Shown here one piece after another: positions 36,479-45,296 of a stretch of DNA of 64,000 bases. The stretch lies in the IMG/VR virus record IMGVR_UViG_3300044637_001924. One strand, given 5' to 3'. Every line of letters starts with the position of its first letter. The stretch's first letter is position 1. The stretch comes from an uncultured virus (IMG/VR IMGVR_UViG_3300044637_001924). Taxonomy: Duplodnaviria; Heunggongvirae; Uroviricota; Caudoviricetes. Under the pieces are notes generated by a model, which worked only from the letters and a program-made list of their open reading frames with translations, ran no database searches and was not told the origin of the DNA. The position numbers and the translations under genes were made by a program.

Positions 36479-39400
36479 TAGGATCTTCTTCAAGGTTGCG
36501 GATTTTTTTCACCGTTGTAGTAGGCTTTCCCCAAGGTTCCGGCCAGCGTTGCGTAAATTTCAGCCTCACATTGGCTGCAGGAATTGGCTTGTAGATGACC
36601 CATGCATCGTAATCGTGCTGAATATCCAATGCTGGATCAGGAGTTAGATCATTGGGATCTTGAACCTTGATTTCCCATATATCCATACTCTCGCCCTCAT
36701 CTTGACTCCAATAGTAAGCCCAATCTTCAGCTTGTTCAAAAGTTTCAAACAGAAACACACCTGGTTGTCGCAATATATGATCATGTTCCTTTGTTTTGGG
36801 AACAAGTCCTCTCTGGCGTATGCTCAAACGGTTTCTTGTTCTTGTGACATGATAGAGTTTAGTGGGCAGTGGCTCATCTCCCTGCCCGAGCCACGGGGCA
36901 GCTTCTGAGACCTGGTCTTTGTTTAAATCTAGTAACATCACAGGATACCCAGTTGAACTGCGAGCTATTTCTTTGAAGTCATAAGACTTATACCATTTCT
37001 CAAGTTGTGATTGTCTTTTGGGATCATCTGAGACAGCAGTGAGAATGACAGCATGAGCCTGGTTGTCTATTGCATCCCCAATACCAGCCTCTAAAATCCA
37101 GCTACCTACTCCAGACCCTTGATGATCTTCCTCGACCCATATGTTTTTGAACACAGCTATTGTTTTGTATCTGCGTTGCAATTTTTCTGCAAGGTCGGCG
37201 GGTGCATTTTCACTTGCAAGATAATTGACCAATTGTGGGGTAGATGTATCAGTTATGTAGGCTTCGAGACCTCCATGTTCCTCTTGTTGATCAATGCTTA
37301 TGCTTTCATTTGTCTTGCTCTTGCCCCAGTTTTTTGCACCCTTTTTCCTGCACTGCACTAATGCACCGCTGGCATAGGCACTGGGCCAAACTTTGTAGCG
37401 ACTCTTGACTTTGTAGTAGCAGGCATCTTGTTTTTCACTGAGCATAGAGTAGTTAACCATTTGGCCTCCGCAATGTGGACAACTGGAGTTTTCTTTCAGC
37501 TCATGCTCTGTCAAAGCCAGTTGTATGTTTTTCACATCTTCTGTGCGTATGTGCACAAGATTGCTCATGCCCATGCTTCGACTGTTCCAATAGCCTTGGT
37601 TGTGGAGATGCATCATCATATAGTAGAGATATTCTGGCATCAGCTGTTCAGTAGCTGTGACTTTGATTCCAATATGATAGGGACTGAATTCTTTGGCTGG
37701 TGTGCCCACATTTGTTCTATCACTGCGTCGCACAAGCCAAAAGTCAGCATCAGGAAAATTAGTTTTGATAGTGCAGAGATCTCCCAATTTTGTAGAGCCA
37801 ACACTTTCTTTTGTGGCTACGTTCCGGGCCTTGCCTTCACGTTCAGGATTGGGATCTTCTCTACGCTTGCGCCTAGCAGCAGTTGCACGTTTTTTCTTGC
37901 CCAGTGCCCAAGCCTTCCGCTGTGGCAGGCATTTGGGCTTGCCTTCGCCTTCACTGCCTCTAGCACAGTCGCCTCTGATCTTGCCATCTGTCCCAAATCG
38001 CACCCATTTTTGTTTGAACCAATCACGCAAGCTTTCATCCAAATATTGCGCTTCCCAATCCATGAAGTTTTCAGCAAATTTTTGGCACCGTTCTCGTATG
38101 TTTGTATCAGCAGTAACCATAATATTGAAAGTGCGTTGACTTTGGGATTGAGTTGTATCAGAGTAGCCGCAATAGACTTTTTTGACAGGACTCTTGTTGA
38201 TTAGGTCAGTACAACTTTCACCATATCTTGGCATCTGCTCGCTGCATGGACTGCATGTGGTTACAATTATACAGCCATCAGGTATGCTTCCGTATTTTTT
38301 ACGATAAGCCCTCATAGCCAATCGTTCAGCATGATACCATTTGTCATTGGCAAATGTGCTGAAACCTATTACAAGACGGTTGCGGGGATCCAACAACCCT
38401 GCGGCTACCCATCCGTATTTGTCAGGGTTTTTCTTTCGTCTGGTGTCAACTAGGTTACACAATGCAACTAAGATGCGATCCAGCTTTTTATAGTTGTGTA
38501 TTTCTACGTTATTGTTTTCATTCAAGGGCTTGCTAGTTGTCTTTCCGCCCTTTTGTCGTTTGCGTCTAGCAGCACAGTGAGCACGTTGGCTGAACCCTTG
38601 AGGATTAGAGCAGTTGATACTCTTCTTATACTTTTTGGTCCATTTTTCCTCAACAACAGAGGGATTGCCATTCTCTATACCACTAGATTCCCACTTGCGG
38701 AAAAGAGGATGGTCAACACTTTTGGGACTGTAGACTTCCATGCTGCGATAGGCATAGTCGTTGCCACCCAAGTATTGCACATACCCTCTCAAAGCCCAAG
38801 CGCCCATGGCAGGTGCAGCACTGTGGTGAGTATAATGTTCGCTATCCGCAGCCACAACACTGCCATCTTTGTAGATCACAAATCTGGCACTGTGATACTT
38901 GTTGTTGCGTGCCAACCTTTTCAAATCTTGAATTGTGGGATTTTTGTGAACCATACGCTGGTCTTCATCAGTCCAAGCTTCTTCCAACTTCTTTCCCATT
39001 TGGACTAAACTGGTGCCTGTAAATGGGTTGTTTGATCCTCTGTTCTCCACATCGTAACCCAGCTTGTGATAAAAGCCTTCGCTTTCCCATTTGGCCTCTA
39101 CGACGCTCTTGGTGGCCCCTTTGTTCTTTGCGATAGTCAAGGCTTGTAACATCAACGCTTTGCCAGCACCAGGTTTGTTGTCATAACTGCCCAACCATTT
39201 CACATGCGCCACTTGATTTTCAATCACCACATGTATTGCAGTTACACTGAACACGCCTAGATCTGGGGTATAGTTATAGAGGAAAATGCTATTTTTTCCC
39301 AAGTTGGGATTGTCAAGTGCTCGTAAGTTATTTTTAACCACATAAGCAACAGCCTCTAGGGCTTTGAAATCCTTGTCAAGTTTTTCATACTTTGGTCCCG

Positions 39401-40193
39401 CAGCATCATAGCTGGCGTCGTTAATCTCTTCTTGCTCATATGTGATTGCACCCAATAAGTCTTCTAGATCTGCGCGATCCAGTTGATTAGCTGATTCCTC
39501 AAGAGGTAAGTTCCAATAACCAGTTCCTTGATCTTGAAATCCCATCTTCTCATAAAATTTGTGGCTGTTCCAGATGGGTTTCACAACAGCGAGTAAGGCA
39601 CCTTGTTTCTGGCTTTGTGCTAACCCCTGCTCCAAAAGTTGCCTACCAGTGCCATTCAAACTACCTAACCAAGTGATTTTTGCTGTCTTGTTGTCGAGCA
39701 GTATGTGCAATGCACTTTGGCAACCTTCAGTGTAGAGCCAAATGCTGTTGTTACCTAGTTGTGGATCGTTTTCAAAAAGCTTCTGTGATTCCAAAACGTG
39801 ACTGATGGCACGCAAGGCTCGATAGGCTTTGCTTTGCGTTCCCAGTTGACTGCTTGCCGTCGTTAGCTGGCGAGAAATTTGTTCGTTGTAGGTTTGCATC
39901 AGTGTCCCACAAGAAGTGAGAACAGCTATAGTTGGTGATGTATGGGGTGTTGTAGAGCGAGAATCAAACACTATATCCTTGGCTGGATCTTTGTAGATAG
40001 AGGTTGTTATATATCCTGATTGCAGGATATTAGGCGCATTGTCTAGTATAGTGCTATGATAGAGTTCACTGGGATTATTTTTTGACTCTTCCGGCTTGTC
40101 ATTCTTTGGGTCAGTGTCTTCCCACTGGCTGAACACACTGGGTTTTTGATTCTGTTGGTCCTCCTTGTTTTCCAAAATATCAACCAGCTTCAT
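36465..40193 (-). CDS. Modular polyprotein A: three GNAT domains, deaminase, HsdS-like domain, ART-like domain and small basic Cys modules
   Basis: GTGRQLL..FYEKMGF; GAGKALM..FYHKLGY; QGSGVG..WYKSYDF; HAE..SPCS; LYHVT..RGL.P..GVFL; linkers PLEE, KLEE, VVEE, PLNE, YLDE, ELKE, MLSE, QVSE. Confidence 0.85.
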   Translation of the reverse strand: MKLVDILENKEDQQNQKPSVFSQWEDTDPKNDKPEESKNNPSELYHSTILDNAPNILQSGYITTSIYKDPAKDIVFDSRSTTPHTSPTIAVLTSCGTLMQTYNEQISRQLTTASSQLGTQSKAYRALRAISHVLESQKLFENDPQLGNNSIWLYTEGCQSALHILLDNKTAKITWLGSLNGTGRQLLEQGLAQSQKQGALLAVVKPIWNSHKFYEKMGFQDQGTGYWNLPLEESANQLDRADLEDLLGAITYEQEEINDASYDAAGPKYEKLDKDFKALEAVAYVVKNNLRALDNPNLGKNSIFLYNYTPDLGVFSVTAIHVVIENQVAHVKWLGSYDNKPGAGKALMLQALTIAKNKGATKSVVEAKWESEGFYHKLGYDVENRGSNNPFTGTSLVQMGKKLEEAWTDEDQRMVHKNPTIQDLKRLARNNKYHSARFVIYKDGSVVAADSEHYTHHSAAPAMGAWALRGYVQYLGGNDYAYRSMEVYSPKSVDHPLFRKWESSGIENGNPSVVEEKWTKKYKKSINCSNPQGFSQRAHCAARRKRQKGGKTTSKPLNENNNVEIHNYKKLDRILVALCNLVDTRRKKNPDKYGWVAAGLLDPRNRLVIGFSTFANDKWYHAERLAMRAYRKKYGSIPDGCIIVTTCSPCSEQMPRYGESCTDLINKSPVKKVYCGYSDTTQSQSQRTFNIMVTADTNIRERCQKFAENFMDWEAQYLDESLRDWFKQKWVRFGTDGKIRGDCARGSEGEGKPKCLPQRKAWALGKKKRATAARRKRREDPNPEREGKARNVATKESVGSTKLGDLCTIKTNFPDADFWLVRRSDRTNVGTPAKEFSPYHIGIKVTATEQLMPEYLYYMMMHLHNQGYWNSRSMGMSNLVHIRTEDVKNIQLALTEHELKENSSCPHCGGQMVNYSMLSEKQDACYYKVKSRYKVWPSAYASGALVQCRKKGAKNWGKSKTNESISIDQQEEHGGLEAYITDTSTPQLVNYLASENAPADLAEKLQRRYKTIAVFKNIWVEEDHQGSGVGSWILEAGIGDAIDNQAHAVILTAVSDDPKRQSQLEKWYKSYDFKEIARSSTGYPVMLLDLNKDQVSEAAPWLGQGDEPLPTKLYHVTRTRNRLSIRQRGLVPKTKEHDHILRQPGVFLFETFEQAEDWAYYWSQDEGESMDIWEIKVQDPNDLTPDPALDIQHDYDAWVIYKPIPAANVRLKFTQRWPEPWGKPTTTVKKIRNLEEDPNETE

Positions 40194-40818
40194 TTACAGG
40201 CTCCACATGTGTCATATAGCTGTCATCTGTATAAAAGTCCACAGCGTTCTCCACACTGTAGACTGTCATGTCTATTTGATACCCAGGATTACTGGTTATA
40301 GGATTTTTCACCCAAGCATTGTCATGCCAAATGATTCTATTGTTGGGATAAAGATAATAGTTTCCTTCATCCATTTTGAACAAATGCGCGCATTTGTGTT
40401 CAGGCGTTTCACTGAAATTGGTGTCAGTAAAAGCAGAGTTTTCCCAACCCCAGTCTAAAGTCATACAGTATTGTCCTTGACGACGTTCCCCAGTGTAAAC
40501 CAACAACGTAGCCCTTAACCCCGCCATGCGTTGCCGGACCTGCACATCAATATAATGACTGAAACAGTCCCAATAAACATGTTCTGCAAGTGGTCTTACT
40601 GGTGCATCATTACGCCAACAAAAAGCAGTTATGGGTCGACGTGTCCAGTTCACTCCATTTTCCAAAAATGCTTCAAATAAAGGCGTGCGTTTCTCCATAC
40701 TTGCGACACTGTGTACATCACAGGGAGTGAACTCGCCGTGGCCTTTGGTGTGATTGTAAAGGTATTGGTTACGTATTAGGCATGTTAAAACGGGGATATT
40801 ATGATTCAAATATGGCAT
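40180..40818 (-). CDS. Conserved phage hypothetical protein
   Basis: ATG at 40818 directly after ATAAATA (40823-40829); WDCFS, EHKCAH, PNNRI blocks. Confidence 0.75.
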   Translation of the reverse strand: MPYLNHNIPVLTCLIRNQYLYNHTKGHGEFTPCDVHSVASMEKRTPLFEAFLENGVNWTRRPITAFCWRNDAPVRPLAEHVYWDCFSHYIDVQVRQRMAGLRATLLVYTGERRQGQYCMTLDWGWENSAFTDTNFSETPEHKCAHLFKMDEGNYYLYPNNRIIWHDNAWVKNPITSNPGYQIDMTVYSVENAVDFYTDDSYMTHVEPVNEAG

Positions 40819-40914
40819 AGTATATTTATTGTCTGGACAGTGAGCACAATACAAAGGCAGTAAACATGAGAATTGGATTGCAACCCTCCAGAAATTTGTT
40901 GCATAATCAAAATT

Positions 40915-41646
40915 ATGACCCAATTATTGATTTTTAGCGGCGCTGGTTTGAGTGCTGAAAGCGGCATCCCCACATTTAGAGAAGATAGCGAAGGTTTATG
41001 GAGCCGTTATGATCCATTGGTTTACAGTAATTACGCCACTTGGCGACAAAACTTTCAAATTGTAAATGAATTTCACAGCGACTTACGGGAAATGCTTCTG
41101 AAGTTTCAGCCAAACGCCGCCCACAAACAGGTGGCAGAATGGCAGAGAAAATACAGTGCAACAGTGATAACTCAAAATGCAGACCTCTTGCTAGAGGAGG
41201 CTGGTTGCATCCCTGTTGTGCATGTTCACGGACAGCTGGATGAAATGCAATGCGAAAACTGTGGCCATGTTTGGAATATTGGCTACACTCGATACAACAT
41301 CTCCCTAGGTTGTCCCAATTGCCAAAGCCTGACTGATGTCAAGCCTGCGGTAGTGTTGTTTGGTGAACCAGCACCCAAATACCAATATCTCTACAACACA
41401 CTGGACAGCCTTACAGACAAAAGCCTGTTCCTGTGTATTGGAACATCAGGCTCAGTTGTTCCTGTTGATAACTTCGCAAAAGTGTTGGATTGTCCTAGTG
41501 TAATCAACGTGTTAAATTTAAATCGGGACATTGACGGCTACTTGCCTCCGATAGTTCCTTCTCACTGGACTCACTGCCTATTAGGGCCTGTAACTCAACA
41601 ACTGCACAAAATAGACAAGATCTTACAAGAGCATTTTGGTTTCTAA
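40915..41646 (+). CDS. cobB: Sir2-family NAD-dependent deacylase
   Basis: FSGAGLSAESGIPTFR, PNAAH, ITQNAD, HVHG, two CxxC, KPAVVLFGE, IGTSG. Confidence 0.92.
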   Translation: MTQLLIFSGAGLSAESGIPTFREDSEGLWSRYDPLVYSNYATWRQNFQIVNEFHSDLREMLLKFQPNAAHKQVAEWQRKYSATVITQNADLLLEEAGCIPVVHVHGQLDEMQCENCGHVWNIGYTRYNISLGCPNCQSLTDVKPAVVLFGEPAPKYQYLYNTLDSLTDKSLFLCIGTSGSVVPVDNFAKVLDCPSVINVLNLNRDIDGYLPPIVPSHWTHCLLGPVTQQLHKIDKILQEHFGF

Positions 41647-41679
41647 ATAACACAAACGTTTCAAGATCTGGGAAACCAA

Positions 41680-42258
41680 ATGAAAATTCAAGACCTTACG
41701 CAACCTTTGAATGAAAGTGTAAATCAAGCCATTCAATGGCACCAGGATAACAAAGTTCCGCTAGTTGATAACATATTCCGTATTCACAGCCCAGCTTGGT
41801 TTGAGTTTTTTTGTGAGATGCGACGTCGTGTTTCTTGTGGAGATATACTCTTGGAACACGCTCTTGACCAGGACATGATTGAGAGTGATTTAGGCACGTT
41901 TGGTGTGTATGAAGGCAGAATGGTTCCGTTGGATTGTATTTTTGAAACTCCAGAAAGTCTTGATGAGGCTGAGTATCAAGGAAAAGCTGTTGAGCTTAAC
42001 AAGCCCAAGAGAGGCGGTCCTAAAAAGTATTACGTCTACGTCAAGAATCCCAAAACAGGCAGGGTCAAAAAAATTGCCTTTGGTGATGTGTCAGGTTTGA
42101 GTGTTAAAATCCGCGATCCCAAACGACGCAAAGCGTTTGCTTCTCGTCACAACTGTGAACAAAAAACAGACAAAATGAAGGCTGGATACTGGGCGTGTAG
42201 AGTTCCCCGCTATACTAAATCCTTGGGATTGAGTCCAATTAGTGCCAAATGGTGGTAA
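41680..42258 (+). CDS. Two-module putative head protein
   Basis: TAAATA 41644-41649; MKIQDL..PLNE leader; SLDE/AEYQG..basic module ending RHNC..AGYWAC. Confidence 0.75.
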   Translation: MKIQDLTQPLNESVNQAIQWHQDNKVPLVDNIFRIHSPAWFEFFCEMRRRVSCGDILLEHALDQDMIESDLGTFGVYEGRMVPLDCIFETPESLDEAEYQGKAVELNKPKRGGPKKYYVYVKNPKTGRVKKIAFGDVSGLSVKIRDPKRRKAFASRHNCEQKTDKMKAGYWACRVPRYTKSLGLSPISAKWW

Positions 42259-42521
42259 TGAATCCCTACAGTGACAAGAAACAAATTCAAGGTTTGGAAA
42301 GAACATTCTTTCAATCTGTAGATTCTCATGAGCTAGTGTGGCATCGAGATCACTGTCACAGACTTATTACAGTGGTTGAGGGTAATGGTTGGCAACTTCA
42401 AATGGACAACTGCATGCCCTGCAATCTCAAGCCCGGCGATGTCGTGAGAATCCCCCGAGACACCTTCCATAGACTATTGAAGGGCTCAGGGGATTTGAAA
42501 TTGTTGATAGTTGAAGATTAG
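42258..42521 (+). CDS. Cupin-like protein
   Basis: WHRD ... GD..RIP..TFHR; TAATG coupling. Confidence 0.7.
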   Translation: MNPYSDKKQIQGLERTFFQSVDSHELVWHRDHCHRLITVVEGNGWQLQMDNCMPCNLKPGDVVRIPRDTFHRLLKGSGDLKLLIVED

Positions 42522-42540
42522 GTACCAGTGGCCATTATAC

Positions 42541-43128
42541 TTACTTACCTTGAACCAGTGGGCTGATAACAGAGTTTGGTGCCAACACTCGATAAACGCT
42601 TGACCTATTGATCTTAAGCCGCCTTGCGATCTCACTTGCACCAACCCCTTGGGATTTTAGTGACTGAATCTCAGCCAGCTGCCTGCGTGCTGTTGGCGCC
42701 CTGCCCTTGTAGCGCCGCTCTGCCTTTGCCTTGGCGATGCCCTCTCGCTGCCGCTCAAGCATCATTTGACGCTCAAACTCTGCTACTGCGCCTAAAACAG
42801 TCAGCATCAACTTGGATATTGCATTTCGTGTGTCTAATTCCATGCCGTTCATGCTCTGCACTATTAGGCCAATTTCTCGCTTTTCCAAATCTTCTACAAT
42901 TTTGAGAAGATCTGATGTACTTCGAGCCAACCGGTCTACTCGTGTAACCATAAACACATCTTTTTCACGAATATATGACATCGCTGCGGTGAGCTGCGGT
43001 CTACTTCCAACAGCACTGGTTTGTTCTGCGAAGATTTTTTCACACCCAGCCTGTTGCAATGCTGCAATTTGAGATTCTAGACTTGCGGATTGTTCATGTG
43101 TGCTAGTCCTTGCATAACCTATAAGCAT
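42541..43128 (-). CDS. Serine recombinase (resolvase/invertase) with C-terminal HTH
   Basis: IGYARTST, RPQL, VDRLARS, AEFER, ERQREGI, GR, IARRLKINRSSVYR. Confidence 0.93.
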   Translation of the reverse strand: MLIGYARTSTHEQSASLESQIAALQQAGCEKIFAEQTSAVGSRPQLTAAMSYIREKDVFMVTRVDRLARSTSDLLKIVEDLEKREIGLIVQSMNGMELDTRNAISKLMLTVLGAVAEFERQMMLERQREGIAKAKAERRYKGRAPTARRQLAEIQSLKSQGVGASEIARRLKINRSSVYRVLAPNSVISPLVQGK

Positions 43129-43150
43129 TACTTTTTCCTTATAATATAAT

Positions 43151-43531
43151 TCAGCTATTGAGGTCAGGAGCTTCGCGTTCAAACTCCTTGATATTCCAAG
43201 CTTTCACCCCAAAATATTCCTGCAACAGCTTGAGCACAATATTGGAATCAAAGTCCTTACAAGAAAACACGTCTAGGTGAAGTGTCCAAGTGTGAGGTAC
43301 AAAATGACATACAATAGCCGATGTAGTAATAAGTTGCACAGCACTGATACCAGCTTTAGTAACATCGTGGTCTGCGAACCAATGAATCTCTGGTCGACCA
43401 AATGCAATCATATCAATATCGTTAACCAGTTGGTCAACCCATTTGGTTACAGTCTCTTTGTCGTTGATGGCTTCATTGCACCCTGCTGCATCGACGACCA
43501 AATGTTTGCCCCAGCTTGGTAGGTTTTTCAT
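43151..43531 (-). CDS. speD: S-adenosylmethionine decarboxylase proenzyme-like
   Basis: GKHLVVDA, GIS...ITTS.I..HF, LDVFSCK; late promoter upstream. Confidence 0.8.
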   Translation of the reverse strand: MKNLPSWGKHLVVDAAGCNEAINDKETVTKWVDQLVNDIDMIAFGRPEIHWFADHDVTKAGISAVQLITTSAIVCHFVPHTWTLHLDVFSCKDFDSNIVLKLLQEYFGVKAWNIKEFEREAPDLNS

Positions 43532-43571
43532 CTCATATGTGCTCCTTGGTATAAAAGATGGTTTAAGTGGT

Positions 43572-43579
43572 TATTTATA
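43572..43579 (-). promoter_or_regulatory. T4-type late promoter TATAAATA
   Basis: Exact consensus overlapping the uvsE stop. Confidence 0.7.
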
Positions 43580-44600
43580 GTGTTTGAGAATAGTCATATA
43601 ATTCTCTAGCAGCTAAATTCTTTTCCTTGGCTTCGCACATGAGATCCATCCTATCCCAAAACTCAAGACAGTAGCTGTTCAACGCCTTGTTCCAAGGTCG
43701 CTTGCTGTGGGCACGCAGCTTGCTTCGTTTGATACCACTTGACTCGAGCAACGCAATGTCTGGCCTGGTTGTGTTGCTGTGGGAGGGAAGTACATCTTCG
43801 TGCGGCCAAGCCACATGAATTTCTGGACGTGCACCACGCCAACTTTCAATCACCTGGGTCAGCCTTGGGTCATCTGGACTGAGATACGTTCCTTGATGAA
43901 TCCAGTAGTGGTTGATGTCGAGACAGATCTTCACCTTGTCTTTCAAGGGCAAGAGATGATCGAGACCGTAACTGTACTCATCATTCTCCACACTCAGCCA
44001 TTGCTTTGTGTCACTGCTCAGCCGAGCAAAGCTGTGTTGAAAGTAATCAAGGAAATCGTCTCGACGGGCACCACCATGGATGTTGATCTCCTGTCGCTGA
44101 TCACTTCCATCAAAGCCCATGAGCCGGAAAATCTCCGAGTGGTACTCGAGGTCTTCAATAGCACGCTCCACCACCTCGGGCTCATGACTCACAAGCATAG
44201 TGAACTGTCCAGGATGCGTGCTGAGTCGAATGTCGAAGTCACGTGCTAGTTTGCCTACCTCCCCAAATCCGCGCAGTGCTTCAATCATCACAGATTCTTG
44301 ATAGGCAGAGCTCCAATTGGCGTGTGTGCGAGCAGGGAGAATCTCACTGCCAATTCGCATCATTCGGAGTTCTTGTGGCCAACTGCCTACAAGCTGAAAC
44401 TGCCTCATAAGTACCTCAGTGTTGTAGCGCACAATGCCACACAGCTTGTCAATGGCTTGTGTACGTGTGAGCTTTTCCAGTGAGGTTACAGTTGTGCCTT
44501 TTGTGTTGTAGAGGCTGTGCCACTCTGCTGCGCTCTTCTTGTCTTTGAACTCTGTTTCAGATACAAATTTACAGCAAAAACCAATTCGCTTGTCAGTCAC
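43575..44600 (-). CDS. uvsE: UV-damage endonuclease
   Basis: RIGFCC, MRIGS, IRLSTHPGQF, NIHGG, VENDE, DINH, AHS, MCEAKEKNLA; GTG start after AGGAG. Confidence 0.92.
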   Translation of the reverse strand: MTDKRIGFCCKFVSETEFKDKKSAAEWHSLYNTKGTTVTSLEKLTRTQAIDKLCGIVRYNTEVLMRQFQLVGSWPQELRMMRIGSEILPARTHANWSSAYQESVMIEALRGFGEVGKLARDFDIRLSTHPGQFTMLVSHEPEVVERAIEDLEYHSEIFRLMGFDGSDQRQEINIHGGARRDDFLDYFQHSFARLSSDTKQWLSVENDEYSYGLDHLLPLKDKVKICLDINHYWIHQGTYLSPDDPRLTQVIESWRGARPEIHVAWPHEDVLPSHSNTTRPDIALLESSGIKRSKLRAHSKRPWNKALNSYCLEFWDRMDLMCEAKEKNLAARELYDYSQTL

Positions 44601-44654
44601 CAGAGTCTCCTGTGTTACACACTTTTTTAACATAGTTTGCTGTTGCGTCAAAAC

Positions 44655-44996
44655 TTATTGCCAGGTCAACCGAAACTCAGTTACTGCCTCTTGGCTATAA
44701 AATAGAACATAGAGTGGGAAGCGTTTCAGTAGGTCCGGATAGCTTCCCGCGTCCTCTTTGATGTCTTCAATTACCTTGCTGTTCATGTGTATCAAGCTGA
44801 AGCCACTGTCTCGCCAACTGTTGGTCCAACCACCGGGCTCACCAGCTGAGAACACTACCCTGAACCACGTGTAGGCATTGGCGGGCACTTCTTTGCCCCA
44901 GCTTTCTAGGCACCACCTGTAGATGGGCAGCACTTTTTCAAACTCATGCACCTTCTCCACAAAGATGTCTTGCCAGCGAATCTCGTTTATAGCCAT
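44655..44996 (-). CDS. Small hypothetical protein, paralogue family member
   Basis: WC..SWG ... F.SQEAVTEFRLTW. Confidence 0.6.
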   Translation of the reverse strand: MAINEIRWQDIFVEKVHEFEKVLPIYRWCLESWGKEVPANAYTWFRVVFSAGEPGGWTNSWRDSGFSLIHMNSKVIEDIKEDAGSYPDLLKRFPLYVLFYSQEAVTEFRLTWQ

Positions 44997-45295
44997 GTGA
45001 GTTGAAACCTAGTCATGTCGCTTTTGTTGGCGAACCAAAACACCCAGTCGCCATTGTCGTGGAGATCATCGTAAATGAAACACCAATCTCCTTCAAAGTA
45101 GTCCAACCAGCCCCACATTGCCTCCTGGATGATGTTGCCTGCTCTTTCTTCACAGAGCTCTTTTTCACACCAGGCCTGCATTTCTTGCAATTTGGCGCTG
45201 TTGAGGATATCCTGTTCAATACTCACACAGTAAGCAAACACATATTGCAAGAGGTCTTTGCGCTCGTAGCCATCAATACTTCTTTGGATTTTCAT
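44987..45295 (-). CDS. Small hypothetical protein, paralogue family member
   Basis: WCE ... FWFANKSDMTRFQLTW. Confidence 0.6.
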   Translation of the reverse strand: MKIQRSIDGYERKDLLQYVFAYCVSIEQDILNSAKLQEMQAWCEKELCEERAGNIIQEAMWGWLDYFEGDWCFIYDDLHDNGDWVFWFANKSDMTRFQLTWL

Positions 45296-45296
45296 G

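Noticed and set aside
37428..38204. Long opposite-strand ORFs (this one, 8088-8744, 49827-50525 and similar)
   Set aside because: They shadow well-supported genes and show no recognisable motifs.
42541..43128. Transposon or IS element around the recombinase
   Set aside because: No transposase, terminal repeats or target-site duplication found.
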